Shown: positions 37,212-51,009 of the stretch, piece by piece
Numbering within the stretch: position 1 is the stretch's first letter
How the letters are laid out: the number at the start of each line of letters is the position of its first letter
Source: Antedon mediterranea
Taxonomy: Eukaryota > Animalia > Echinodermata
Assembly: GCF_964355755.1 (NCBI RefSeq)
Contig: NC_092671.1
Coordinates: 7,440,001 to 7,504,000, forward strand
Length of the DNA: 64,000 nt
Direction of reading: 5' to 3'
Program-made: the position numbers and the translations under genes
Notes under the pieces: model-generated
Told to the model about the DNA's origin: nothing
Database searches by the model: none
The model's input: only the letters and a program-made list of their open reading frames with translations

Positions 37212-37400
37212 TTGTCTATGGAAATCAACCGAAATTTAGCCTAACTTTTCTTCGTTTCGTACTGTGACTTTTACTTCTTGTTTTTATTTACATTAAACAG
37301 CGCCCTCTTAAATATCAAAATATCAAAACTTTTGTAAAAGAGCACTCTCCGATCCCCCTCTCTCTTCCCGCGGCGCATGCTCGAGTAGGTGTGAGCGATG
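37212..37400. promoter_or_regulatory. MOCOS promoter region, probably bidirectional
   Basis: Locally CpG/GC-rich (CTTCCCGCGGCGCATGC; CAGCGCCCTCT at ~37298), with CTAG/AGGCCT-rich tracts on both sides and + strand donors GTGAGT/GTAAGT at ~37700-37750. Confidence 0.45.
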
Positions 37401-40400
37401 TAGGGTGGTATGCCTAGGGAGGCCTAAGCCTAGCTAGGCAGAGTAACTAGGTCTAAGCTAGGCCTTTTTTAAAGCTATCTATAGCTACTACTACTAGGCC
37501 TAGGCTAGACCTAAGCTAGTAGTAGGCCTAGAGGAGGCCTAGGCTACTCTACACCTACTAGCCTAGCTAGCCAGCTAGTGCTAGTAGGCCCTAACCTAAC
37601 TAGGCCTAGGGCTACTCTTATATAGAAGAGCTCGCTAGCACTAGCCTACTAGGGGTAGGCCTATTAAAAAACTAGGGCTAGGCCTACTAAGGGGTGCTGG
37701 TGAGTGTGTCATGGTGAGTGACCATAAAGGCTTACTTACATACTGGTAAGTTAGTGTCACTTTTGGTTACTTTAGCTATATTTTTTTTATGAATTTCAGT
37801 TTAAAAAAAATGTTTTTTTGTTATTCATTTTATTTATAAATTTTATGTTACATTCTACACAAGGAAAGAAATTTTAAAGCAGTTTCAAATCATAATGAAT
37901 GTGCAGTCTGAATTGGGTTATTTTGCGAGAGAGGGCAAATTGCATATATTATCATTTTCAATTACAGTCTACGCATTTTTCAATGACATTGATATGGGTC
38001 AAACGTGTGTTTAATGTTTTCTATCAGCACGGTAGTTTCACGGTAGCATTTCATGTAAACTCAAATATAAACTTTGCTGACTAAAGAAAAATATTAACAC
38101 TATAATATTAATTTAATAACTATATATACTATAGCTGAAAATAAGTACTACGACTTGGTTGGAAACTGTACCATTTGGCGAATACCATAGCAAATCCATA
38201 TACCACAGCTATTATACCCATTGCCAACGAGACCACAGCAATGCTTTCTAACACTTTTACCTAATGCTAAAATAGAATTTGTTTGAATATATATTGCATT
38301 ATTTTTCAACACATTTTGCTTTTAATTTGATATTAAACTTACTTTATATAAATAAAATATGAAATATTAATATTATTTCTACTATTAATGGTGGTAACAA
38401 AATGAATATTGATAAATGATTACACATATAAGGATCCTAGATTTATGACTCTTAAATCAGCCTTTGGATTCATATTTTATTTCTTTTTTTTTTTCAGTTT
38501 ATTTTTGACAGCTTGTAAATTAGAAAAAATATGCTTTTTACCTTGATCTTAATCTAGCACTTTAAAAATTTAACATGTTTTTTCCCCTTCCAAATTTACC
38601 TGTCATAATATTCTCTCTAGGGTATCTATTCATATATCAAGGTCACACCAATTTGGATATATTTACAAATCCAAATTATTGAAACTAAAGAAAAATTGGT
38701 TTCTGTTTCCGATATATTTGAAAGTCTATAATAACACTTGTATTTTATTTTATTGAACCATAGAGGTATTAAAGTGATTATATCTTTAGGATTGAATTTA
38801 ATATTGTAAGTATGTATATAATTTGATTTATATTGAATGGCCTGTAAATTTTACTTTCTAAAATGTTATTTTGCTAGCAATAATTACAAATTTTTATTAA
38901 AAAATAATATTGAAAATATACTTTTAGTTTATATTACAATAAAAATATTGTCAAATTGTTTTGACCCTCATATGAATGATTACCTTTAAGGACATTAAAC
39001 AGTGCCCTCTATTTGCAACTGATAAGGAAACTTTTTAAAATTTGTTTCTTTATGTCTGCTTTAGTTTGTAAAACCTTCAATTAAAACACATTTAATTTAT
39101 CATGCTGTCAAGCTAAATGTGTACATTCGTAAGTGTTAACAATTACTAATTACAATACTTTATGGGCTTTCAAATGCTTTTATTAAAATTCATTTCTGCA
39201 CCAACCTTACTGCCTCTTAGATTAGGATTTGCGGCCCCAGGTGTCAAAATATCACTTAAAGTTATAGCTAGTAATTCTAGTGGAGCCACCAATCAGGAGA
39301 CTATATAATTCTTTCGTATGTCGCAATTGCTCGTTAATCAAGTACATGGTCCGTAGTTTGCTATTAATGTCTTTAATATGAGTAGAATCTTTATTAAATC
39401 ACTAGTTAATTAAAACTCGTAATACTGATTTAACATGGATAGAGTAAAGCTAAAGATTACAAATTTCTCCTTCAGGTTTTTTTCCTTAAGACATTCTGAC
39501 TACTGCTGTTATCATATTTGTCTTTAATTTAAATTTTTTTTTTATTATGAAAATAGTTTTCAAGTATGAGGACAAAATCAACATGATAAACATGCTCTTT
39601 GGCTTAGCTAGTGATGTTGTTCCTGTGACAGAATTGACCATAGGATGTGATCACGTGACCATAGGATGTGATCACGTGACCATATGATTAGAAGACTACA
39701 TGATGATTACAAGCTCCAATTTCACTACACAAAGAAAACTCAACATTTAAATGGTAATTCATTATTATTAATTTATAAACCTTATGTATACAATATCAAT
39801 TATAATGAATGTATATAAGTGAATGGGGAGAATATTTTTATGAAAGATTAACTCTTCTATTCAATGCTCAGGCAAAGCCAAGTTGAATATCATAGGCTAG
39901 AATAGTCAGGCTTTCAACAAATAATTTTCATCTTCAACAATTCATTATTGTTTTATACTGTTCTGGAATTATGAATATTTAATTAATCTTTGGTGTTCGA
40001 TTTTCTTGGCCTCAGGAGTAGAGCAGTTATCGACGGCACGGCACAATCTCCAAGTTTGCTTCCCGCGCAATATTCATGCCTACGCATTGCATTTTACACA
40101 TAGCTCAGTCAAACATGTTTTCAATTGTCTATGAAAGAAATTAACGCACAAAATCAACCAATCAAATGGCTAGGACACACTTATATGTGTGTTGTAAAAT
40201 GGTATCATTAATACCCCATTACATGAATTTAAGCAAACATGTTTATGGGTCATATAAGCATTAAGATTAACCATCTGACCCTAAGATTCATTCACATGAT
40301 GATTATTAACAATTAGTTTGACAGCAAATCTTTTATCTTGCAATTAGGTTTTATTTTATCATTTAAACTTAATCCTAAGCAATGTTTCAAATGAGAATCG

Positions 40401-43400
40401 TTTGCTTGTTGAAAAGGAAATAACAATTTAATGGTTTTTAAATTATAACATTTTTATTTTCCTTTCTTAAAATATACACTAATAATTATTTACAACCGTC
40501 ATTAAAAAGCAAAATTTAATAGTCTGGTTGCTGCTTATAATTAGTAGATGAATCATATTTACGTGATACATTTCATTTGCAAGTAAAGGGTTATGACTTT
40601 TTAAAATAGAGTTTAAGGCCCTAGAAAGTAGGTATGAGGATTCTAAAATTAAGCCTGCTTAAGGTTTTAAGCTAGGGGTGGGTGGGAGAAATTTACATGA
40701 CTTTTTCCAGCTTTTACTTTAGGTTCATAATCATTAACCCATGAAAAATTTATAATAATAATAACTTATTTCTCCATTAACTTCTCAGAGTTGGTTTTAA
40801 CCAAATAAAATCTGCCTTTCAAACAGCATACAATTAAAAATATAGTTAAATTTACCGAGTCACTGAACTGAATACAAACTGATGCCATTGACTTGTACAT
40901 TCTACCATTGCTACCTAACCTGTACAGTGGCGTATAAATGGCTATGATCACTCACTGGCTAAACCAAGTGGGCCGGAGCTGCTTATGGGGCCCATGGCTT
41001 GAAAAAAAAAGATAAAAAAAATGTTGAAAAAGGCTAAAAATATTTTTTATGATGGGATACCTCTATTCAGGATTAAGAGGACACTTTCCTTTGAAACGAA
41101 CAAGGGGAAATATACGTTTTAACACTACAGCGAACCCCTACTCATGGGATATCCCTAGTGTGTAGTTAAGCAACGGGAATTGTGATATAAACGTCCTGCT
41201 TTTTATTAATTACGAGGTTTATTTCTATACTACTAGATTATCCATACTAAGTTCACTAAAATATCGGATGTCTCCATTTTCTCTGCTTTCATATAATTCA
41301 TTGCTTTACTAAACACCAGTGCAAGATATACTGTCTCAGTCATGAGAATCGTTTCTGCATGATATCTAAATTATATTTCTATGTATGTATGCTGATTGTT
41401 GATCAGGTTCATGTTTGATTCATTAACAACTTAGTTTGGACAGTCGGAAATACTAAAATATAAATGGAATTGAAAACCTCAGGGCAAACATAAAAAACGA
41501 ATGTTAAAAAGCTCAAATATATACAGAGAACAAACATGCAATCTATATAGGCTAATATTACCTTTTGCTATATATGTTTTATTTATTTATTTTCATGTAA
41601 AGATGTACACAGTATGCTGACTTCTATGGAAGGTTGTGAACAAAAGTTATTATTAATATAAATCTGAATGTGTCAAGAGGTGTCATGAGATACAGAAGCT
41701 TGATTAAAATAAATTTTTCTCAAAAGCTTTTAAATTAAGTCTTGTCAGAAAAGATTTTAAATGGAAAGTGTAGTTACATCTGTTTCATAAATATAAATGA
41801 ATTTGATAATGTTGAAGTGAAAGCAAAACAGAATAGTTTCAGTGATGTTTTGAGGCCTCTCATTCTTATTAATATACCAGACATTTTTTTACATAACTAA
41901 ACAGATTAATGTACATAAAGTTTTTAATATGAATACCAGGCTCATTGCTCCTAAGAATTAAAGTAGTTTTGTTTAAATCTGGTTTTATATCGGAGAAAAA
42001 AAATTAAAATCTCTTTCAATGACTTCCAAGTAAAAAAATTTGCTCAAAGTATGTCTTGAAGGCATAAAGAAAAAACTAGCTTTTACAGAACATAGTCTTG
42101 AACAAAAAGTATGTGGGACAATGTATATAAAATAATGCGAAAATAAAAGTCATTAATATGTTTTAATGTGCGTTTTTCCAACCAAAAGTGGTCAAAATAT
42201 GTGGAGGCCTTAAGGTAAAAATCATAAACCTAGAATCCGTCTACCAATTAGATCAATAAACATGTAGAAGACATTAAGGTAGTGTTTTAATGGCCTGAAT
42301 TCCTTCTAAATTATTGATATAGCAAACCAAAGACATAGAAACTTGTACAAGGCAATAGAATATTACATATGTGTGTCTTGTGGCTTTTATTTTATGTGTT
42401 TTTCTTAAAGAAGTATTTTCCCCATAAGCATGAAAAATGAAGATTAATAAAAAAAGGCATTGAATATGCCATTTTACAGTTTCAATAGAGATAATCACTT
42501 TCGTAGAAAAAAAAATGTTTTCACTTATCAAAAGACAAAATAAATGGTTAAATTCAACCAAAAACCTATTTTGCTTTCAATTACAGATTTTTCAGGTAAA
42601 ATATTTTTTTTCGATCTAATTTTTGGTCAAATTGAATAACTATTATGTGACATTAAAATGGCATATTCAACACAAATATTGAAGAAAAAAAAATCTGATT
42701 CAAAGGGAAGAAAAATCAAGTCATTTCAAGTATAAAATGTGTGTCATGCAAAAGAAAAATAAAAAAAAATTGAAACTGTGTTAAAACAGAAAACAGAATT
42801 TGTTAAAAAAATGTCTAGGTTTATTACTAACTTTTCATATTACACGCATTTATTTGTATCGTCACCAAGTGACAGAACATGCCATACAATACTCATTTGT
42901 CTGACCAAAATTATTAACTATAGATATTAAACAACTTTTCATGGACATACATTTGTCCGACGTTATACTGGTCATTCGTGTAATTATCTCGTAGTCAGAC
43001 TAGTGTCTCGACGTGTGGACATAAAGGTAAACAGATTGCTTGGCTTCTGATTTATCAATAGTGTCATTGTTTGTTAATAGCCCCAAAATAATTCATATTG
43101 TATTAGTGTCTGATAGTATACAAAATGAATGTTTATGAATATGAGTTGAATAGTAAAATATTTTACAGTAAAATAATGACCTATTCAACTCTGCTTTCCC
43201 CGTTGAAGAGAGTCCGAATGAAAATATTCACCACATTCAACAAAATAAATTATTTGTTTTATACCTACAGTTCTAGAGAAAAATAATATTCAATTTAATC
43301 CCTGCTTTTGAATTTTATCGTCGAAGACTAGACGGGAGGCTAGGCCAATTGAAAAGCAGCAATCCTATTTTGGCAGCGGGGTGGCGTAGACCTTGCACAC

Positions 43401-43820
43401 TACTGTTTCAAACATGTAACGGTCACCAGCCTCACTTTTTGCAAAAACTGAAACACTTTTTACAAAAACTTTTAATGTAAACCAGCCACTTCCAATATCG
43501 AAGGTTAGGCCATGCATACATTTGACACTATGATATTTGCCATTGGAGAAATTACAGATTGTGGACTCTTCTTAGTCTTACTGTCATGTATATTCCAGCC
43601 TCCCTAACAATTTAAAATTACTGACCATGCAATAGAACTTTGAAATGGAAAAAGATAATGCATGTCATGTCTTATGAAGTCAACCAATCACTTTGACCTG
43701 TTATAATACCTAGAATATGTAATTATGTATTACAAAGTTTATCAATTACAGTATGTTTCTTTAAAAACCTTCAGTAATAATAACATACAGAATAATGTAT
43801 GTTTTGATTAAATATCTTAA

Positions 43821-44450
43821 AGCCCCCTTCCCTACGTTATTTAGATCTAATTTAAGATCACAAACTATATTTAATGTAAAAATAATACTATATGGTCCTA
43901 TTGCGATAACTTTTTCGTCTTTAAACGGTTAAAAATGTGAAAAATAAGTCGATTCTAATAATTATAGCGGCCCGCTACAAATCCCAAAATGCATTGCGTA
44001 CGGATCGGATTGATATTTTTGTTTTTCACCTGTAATTCGCCCACTTTTCGATCGATCGTGAGGCCAAAACAAATGGAAGACTCCAAACTTTTAAGCAAAA
44101 ATATCGGGTTTTCCCCAAATTGTATCAACGGAGTCTGGCAAAAATAGAAAGACAATTAATGCAGCAACTATACAACGTCAGGCTAGGTATATAGCTAGCG
44201 TATGATGTTCGTACGTTACCGATGTTTACCAGCTAGGCCTACAAAACTAAGCCTAGCTAGGCTAGGCCTAAGACCGTCCACGAGAAGTCGATTGCCGCTA
44301 GCTACTTAGGTAGTGCATTGTTTCTCACTTTTTATCATAATTTACTATAAAACGTACATTTAAGACAAGGAATGACATGATTTAATGTTTTTAAAGTGAT
44401 ATATATGTATTATTTTCCAAAAAACGTCCAAAATTGCAGGGAAGGGGTCT
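43821..44450. mobile_element. Kolobok-like non-autonomous DNA transposon (TTAA target duplication), copy 1
   Basis: TTAA|AGCCCCCTTCCCT ... AGGGAAGGGGTCT|TTAA; near-identical inverted copy at 49388-50013. Confidence 0.8.
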
Positions 44451-44916
44451 TTAATGTAGGCCATGCGATTGTAAACGTTTATTATACTTTGCCTATACTT
44501 TATTTTGTACTACAAAACCAACACCTGTTATGGAGGTATTTGCTTAGATGAATGTAAGTTGCTTTTATTGAACATAATGATTGGCATTCATACTGATCAT
44601 AAATCACCTATTATGACAATTCACTCTCCTGTCAATAATCAACAAAGACCTAATTGAAACAACTTTCACAGAACATAAAAAACACACATTTGATAAGCAT
44701 TCTTAATGATTAAGTAAGTTTTTACTCAGACAGCCGATCTAGTTCTAACATTTATTTTTCAATTGCTTTATACCTACAGTATGACTTTTCCATGATTTGT
44801 ATTTTGTATTGATAAATGACAAATACACACATCTTGTTGTATTTTTGTACACAGAACCAAGATTTGAACACATTAACATAGAATTAGTCGTGGTTGCATT
44901 TCTCATGGTTTTCACA

Positions 44917-44973
44917 AGCGCCTTGAGCACTTTGTGGATATGTGCGCTCTATAAACCTTATTATTATTATTAA
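44917..44973 (+). mobile_element. L2/SINE-type 3' tail fragment
   Basis: AGCGCCTTGAGCACTTTGTGGATATGTGCGCTCTATAAA + (TTA)n; second copy at ~47806-47870. Confidence 0.5.
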
Positions 44974-45027
44974 TTAGTAAGGTGGTACGAAAGTTTCAGG
45001 CAACTGAAGTACTAAAACAGAATGTAA

Positions 45028-45223
45028 AGCTCTGTCTACACTACCAAACTCTTTTGACTAAAAAAAAGTTTGATATGCCCAAATGTAATATAATATACTG
45101 TAAATTGTATAAAGCTCTGTCTACACTATCAAACAAAGTGACAAAAAAAAGTGTGATGTGCCCAAATTATATGATATCATGTCTATATATGGGCACATCA
45201 AGTTTGATAGTGTAGACAGAGCT
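45028..45223. mobile_element. MITE family A: partial copy (45028-45084) plus complete copy (45113-45223)
   Basis: TAA-AGCTCTGTCTACACTATCAAAC ... GTTTGATAGTGTAGACAGAGCT-TAA. Confidence 0.85.
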
Positions 45224-45321
45224 TAAGTGACTTTCAAAATTGTTGGCAGCTACCACACCTGTCCCATTTCACACAACAGAAGATGGCTCTGCTGCCTTGT
45301 AATTTAATATATATTGTATAA

Positions 45322-46566
45322 AGCTCAAATCAGTTTGACAAAAAAAATGTGATGTGATACAGATACAGATACAGATAACTTTTATTGTCCAACCTAAACT
45401 GGAAATTGCATTTGCTCACTTATCACATAAAAATATCGTATAAAAATATCGTATAAAAATAAAGTATAAAATGTAGAATAACAAGATAAAAATACACAAT
45501 GATTAAAATAGTACATCAAAAATATTTAAGTTAAAAATACAGATCATTACAAAACGGTTTAAAAAGTGTCTTATATTTCATTATTAAATATATTATATTA
45601 TTATTATTGTTATTATCAAAATTATTGTAGTTACCTCTTAAAGTCATCGTTAAATTTTTTAATCCCAGCTGGGAGAAACGAATTTGAGTATCGACCCGTC
45701 CGCGCCAACACCGGCCTCAGTCTACCACTTCTACCAATGTGGTAGCGAAGAAGATCCGAATGAAGGGGGGGTGGCTTTCCTCCTCCATGATCGCCTGTAA
45801 ACCATTTTTCAATCGTTCTCCGTAGTGACAATCGTAGACTGAGTCCGCTGTCAGCGCCGACGAGCCAACCACTCTTAATGCCCTTTCTAACACTTTACAT
45901 ATGCGGCCCTTATCTCCCTTGTTTATGTTCCCACCCCAGCCTAATAGGCAATAATCCCAGATAAAAAAAATAACAGATGAATAGAACATAGTAAGTATCT
46001 CTTCCCTAACCCTAAAAACGTTCATTTTCCTCAAACAGTACAGTCTAGTATTTAATTTTTTAATTAGTTGATTAGTTGATCAACATGCTCTCCTCATGAT
46101 AAATTATTGTCATACGTTACCCCAAGATACTTATGTTTTAACGATTTCTACCTCATGTCCTTTAATCTGGACAGGCTCAATTTTCCTTCTTTTTTTACGA
46201 CGGAAATCTATTCGCATTTCTTTGGTTTTTGCTACAAGTTCCAGGAAATTGTCATTACAGTATTTCGTAAACCTAACTATTTCAGATTTGAAATTTGTAT
46301 CGTCATCCTCTTTTATTAAACCTATCATTGCAGAATCGTCTGCAAATTTAATTACTGGACAGTCCGGGAACCTAGGTTGGAAATCCGACATATACAATGT
46401 GAACAAAAGGTGCAAGTACAGTACCTTGTGGTGCTCCCGTATTTGTCCGAATAATGTGCCCAAATATGGTAGTGATATTCTTAAATATGGCAGTGATATC
46501 ATCATGTCCACATTTGGGCACATCACATTTTATTGTCACATAAAGTTTGATAGTGTAGACAGAGCT
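45322..46566. mobile_element. MITE family A copy split by the LINE insertion (halves 45322-45356 and 46454-46566)
   Basis: Left half ends GTGATGTG; right half resumes ATGTGCCCAAATATGG and ends GTGTAGACAGAGCT-TAA. Confidence 0.75.
45357..46453 (-). mobile_element. 5'-truncated non-LTR retrotransposon (Rex1/Babar-like reverse transcriptase, frameshifted) inserted into a MITE A
   Basis: On -: GAPQGTVLAP, LFTLYMSDF, IKFADDSAMIGLI, KTKEMRIDFRR, LRKMNVFRV..ILTMFYSSVI, RTGRYSNSFLP. The 3' end has AATAAA + (TATCTG)n tail; ATGTG is duplicated at both junctions. Confidence 0.88.
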
Positions 46567-47265
46567 TAAGACTAATTGAACGACGCCTTTTTGTGTGAAT
46601 GTAGCTGTAGACTATAACTTCTTAAATTGAATCATTCCGCTAGAATCATAAAATTGCACTTTGTTTTGTAAACGTAGCACACTTATATTTCAATTTCGTG
46701 TCGTGTACTGCAAAATTACAGATAGACAATTAACAATAACAAACACAAATCTGTAACAATAATATGTGAATGTATTAATGGTTCTGTGGGATATTTAAAA
46801 GCTAGGCCATAAATGCGTCAGGTATGTCGCTTAAGGGAAATTACTCTTTTTTTAACTCGCAGAATGGATGCTGGAGCCAGAATATTAACTTGATAGCCCA
46901 ATTATTTAAACTTTAATGACACACAAATATATCAAACACAGACTATTGCGTCACTTTTTTCTTAGATATTATCAAATGTGTTTTCTAGTGAATCTCTTTT
47001 TTTCTATCATCATATTGCAGACTATTACAGTAACTATACTTAATTTTATGCAAATGATGGCTCACCATGCACGTACCACAGAATTCTCTCAGTCTTCAAA
47101 ACATGATGTGTCGTGACATTTGAAGAAAATATCAAAATCTTCTACCTATTTTAGAATTATGGTTTAGACAATTAACAAGGTTAGTATTATTTTTATTTCT
47201 AGAAAAACTTCTAGAAAAATATCTGCTTTGTACAAGGGTTCATTGTTTTTTCCACTCCTATATAA

Positions 47266-47419
47266 AGCTTTGTTTACACTATCAAACTATTTTGATAAAC
47301 AAAAAATTGTGATGTGCCCAAATATGGTAGTGATATGGCTAAATATGGTAGTTATATGACATCATCATATCCATAATTATGGGCTCATCACATTTTTGTT
47401 TGATAGTGTAGACAGAGCT
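47266..47419. mobile_element. MITE family A copy
   Basis: TAA-AGCTTTGTTTACACTATCAAAC ... TTTGATAGTGTAGACAGAGCT-TAA. Confidence 0.85.
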
Positions 47420-47421
47420 TA

Positions 47422-47523
47422 AGAAACTCCTTAAGATACCTCCTAGTTCACCTGAAAGATAAAATCAAGAAGGATGACTAATCTGGAATAGTATACCAAG
47501 TCAACTGCAACAACTGTAAATAT
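47422..47523 (+). pseudogene. Penelope-like element fragment (linker / start of GIY-YIG endonuclease)
   Basis: Translates RNSLRYLLVHLKDKIKKDD*SGIVYQVNCNNCKY, matching the PLE pattern LVHPKDK...SGVVYxIxCxxC that precedes YIG. Confidence 0.65.
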
Positions 47524-49387
47524 TATAAAAAACTTGTTTAAAAACACAAATTTCAGCGCCTTTTATGCAGAAACTTTTGGTGTTAACTATATACATAAAT
47601 AAATTTACTTTACATAAACCTACCATTTTAATGATACTATATTCATGTTTACAGGATAATCTCCATTTTCTCTAGTATTGAAATGCAAGCTACTGGAACA
47701 CAACATGGAACTGTTCTTGCTTTGGTCGGGAAAATGGACTTTTTCTTACCTACTTACTTACCTACCTAGAATACAATCAACTTTGTCGAAAAAGGGTTTT
47801 GTTTAACCGCCTTGAGTACTTTAGTGGATATGTGCGCTGTATAAATCTTATTATTATTATTATTATTATTTTGTTTCAGCTTAGCTTAACTATTGGTAAT
47901 TGGCCAGAAGTTAACAATGAAAAGAAATGATACCTATGAGATACATTATGGTACAGTATAACATTTCTGTATTTTAAATATTCATGAACATTTATGCATA
48001 TTTAAATAGAATTATCATTCCAGTGCATCTCATTTAATATTGCATGGTAGAGGATTTAATAATGAATTTGTGAAATCTTGACATTTCTAGAACTGTCTTC
48101 TAAGTGAAAAAAAAAAGAAGTTTGTTGTGAATAGTAATTTATGGAAGTCATCATAAAAAGGGTCAATCTCTATATTTCTTCTGTTTTTTGTTACCAGCTA
48201 AAGACAATTTTTTAAATGTGGACATCCTTAATTCATCTGTTTTTTCTACAATTGATTGCGCATGTATGGAAAATACCAAACCTACTGAATTATTTGTGTC
48301 AAATAATCAACATCATTGAGTCAACATCAGCCATCCATTCAAGTCTATCTTTTCAATAGAATTCATAAAACATGAAATATATTTCCTTTTCATTTTCCAA
48401 AAGCATGTTAGAAATGGTTAATTATCTTGCATTTACATGGATATTTATGCAAAATTTAGATTTTAATTAAACTTTATGTATCCATGGAGGCCCGGATTTC
48501 ATTGTTCTGGGCTGTGCACATACAAAAATGAAAATCAGTTTATGTTTAAATATTTTTTGTTTGTTTGGTACTTTAAAATACTAAAAATAAATGTTGCTTT
48601 TATTTATTTTTTAGAAGACATTGTATAACAAACAAAGTTTCCAGTAAATGAAAATTGGCCAATACTTCCAGTGTAAGTCTTTTTGATTAAATACTTATAC
48701 CCTGTTTGTAATTTGAGGGAGGGCAATCTTTTAGTGCACCTTTGTAGTACAACTTTGTCTCTAGAAATACAAAAATGTCTCTAGAAATATTGATTCTATT
48801 GAAAGGGATAGGCTATATAAAAAATCAACTTTCACAAAAACATAAGGTCATTCTTTAGGAGACATATTTTTACATCAAGAGCAGTTTAGAATTGGAACTT
48901 GCTTTCTCAAAATGTTGTTTGTGCTTCTTCCATAAAAATTCAAATATGGGTTAGAGAAAATCTTGTCTGATCACCACTTTAAAAAAAATATAAAAACAAA
49001 AATGATAATTATTTGTGACAATATAAATTTCTTATTACATTTCTCAGTGGCCTGTGATAGTGTGCAGGTCATGCTGTTTGAATGCAACACATGTTTTGCG
49101 GCCTTAGGGTTATGCTATAAAGGAGGAGTAGTAATAAGATGGTAATATATACATACAGAAAAAAGGCATCTACGCCAGGTTTTGAAGTTTGAACGAGTGT
49201 ATGACCTTGTTCTGCCAATGTAAAGATGGAAATTATAATATTAATTGATGAAATTAGTTAAATAAACTATTAAATGAATTTGAAAGATGATGATGTATTT
49301 GGTAGAGATGGTACTATGTTTGAAATGGAACGTCAAATAAGTATTCATTATTCTTCAGAAACATAACCAAGGCAGTTCAATACTTAA

Positions 49388-50013
49388 AGACCCCTTCCCT
49401 GCAATTTTGGACGTTTTTTGGAAAATAATACATATATATCACTTTAAAAACATTAAACCATGTCATTCCTTGTCTTAAATGTACGTTTTATGGTAAATTA
49501 TGATAAAAAGTGAGAAACAATGCACTACCTAAGTAGCTCGCGGCGATCGACCTCTCGTGGACGGTCTTAGGCCTAGCCTAGCTAGGCTTAGTTTTGTAGG
49601 CCTAGCTGGTAAACATCGGTAACGTACGAACATCGTACGCTACCTATATACCTAGCCTGACGTTGTATAGTTGCTGCATTAATTGTCTTTCTATTTTTGC
49701 CAGACTCCGTTGATACAAATTGGGGAAAACCCGGTATTTTCGCTGAAAAGTTAGGAGTCTTCCATTTGTATTGGCCTCACGATCGATCGAAAAGTGGGCA
49801 AATTACAGGTGAAAAACAAAAATATCCATCCGCGCGCAATGCATTTTGGGATTTATAGCGGGCCGCTATAATTATTAGAATCGACTTATTTTTCACATTT
49901 TTAACCGTTTAAAGACGAAAAAAGTTATCGCAATAGGACCATATAGTATTATTTTTACATTAAATATAGTTTGTGATCTTAAATTAGATCTAAAAAACGT
50001 AGGGAATGGGGCT
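49388..50013. mobile_element. Kolobok-like non-autonomous DNA transposon, copy 2 (inverted relative to copy 1)
   Basis: TTAA|AGACCCCTTCCCT ... AGGGAATGGGGCT|TTAA; reverse complement of 43821-44450 with scattered substitutions. Confidence 0.8.
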
Positions 50014-50975
50014 TTAAATACCAGTAACCTCTAGCTTACCCCTAGCTTAACATCAAATTGCACTTTTTCAATAATACACAAATTTCTGTAGGACAATGCC
50101 CATAATCGTGGGGTCATTATATATCATCAAGCCAAAGGCATGTTCACACTAAATTGGATTTCAGTTCATTAAACTTAACGTACATTGACTCATTGTTAAT
50201 AAATACAGCCACAATGCATACATCAACAATCATTTTGAATCTTGTGTGAAACGTAACTTAAAGTCATAGACTTATTTTCGCCATCAGATTACTTTATAAG
50301 CTTTTCAAAAATGCACTTGGTATATCATTACCCTTTTTGCCCATACCTACAGCAACTTAATGTATAATTTGTTTTAATATGCAATGGATATTGGCAGAAC
50401 ATGTCAGATGGAAATATAGTTTTGAAAGTATAATTATGTAACATCCGAACAGGCGTGTACATTAAATCAAGTCCCTGGATAAGGCTGATGTGTCTTGGCT
50501 GTATAATCAGAAAAAAACGGAAATTCAAACGATAAGGCTTAAACTTAAAGGTATAGTGTCTCTAGAAAAACACAATGTAAATGAATTTTATGAAGTGTAA
50601 ATTGTTTCCCAGTACAAACTAATGTTTACTTCATTCAGCATAAAATAAATATATTTAGTTTTTGAAAATAAAATTATTTGGGTTTAATATCATTCATACT
50701 ATAATGTACATATTTAAAAATGTGTGCCCTCATGGTTTTAAAATATATAATTGATTTTACAATATGAATACAACTAAGAAATAACGGCCTTGTTTCATTT
50801 CGTTTCGTTTATTTATTTATTTCCACTCACTTATATATATATATATATATATCATTTACATTTACATATAACATATATTAAAGGTTAAATGTTGTTAAAA
50901 GCACAAAATGATTTCTGTTTTGAAATATAGTTATTATTGTGTGTGTAGTTTGTGATAAACCACGTATATTAGTTC

Positions 50976-51009
50976 GACGTTTCGATCAATACGCTTTGAT
51001 CGTCCTCAG
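50976..51009 (-). ncRNA. Minimal type-I hammerhead ribozyme motif (Penelope-type)
   Basis: On -: CTGAGGA-C-GATCAA-AGCGTA-TTGATC-GAAAC-GTC. Canonical core, 6-bp stem II, palindromic ACGT in place of stem III; stem I is weak. Confidence 0.5.
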
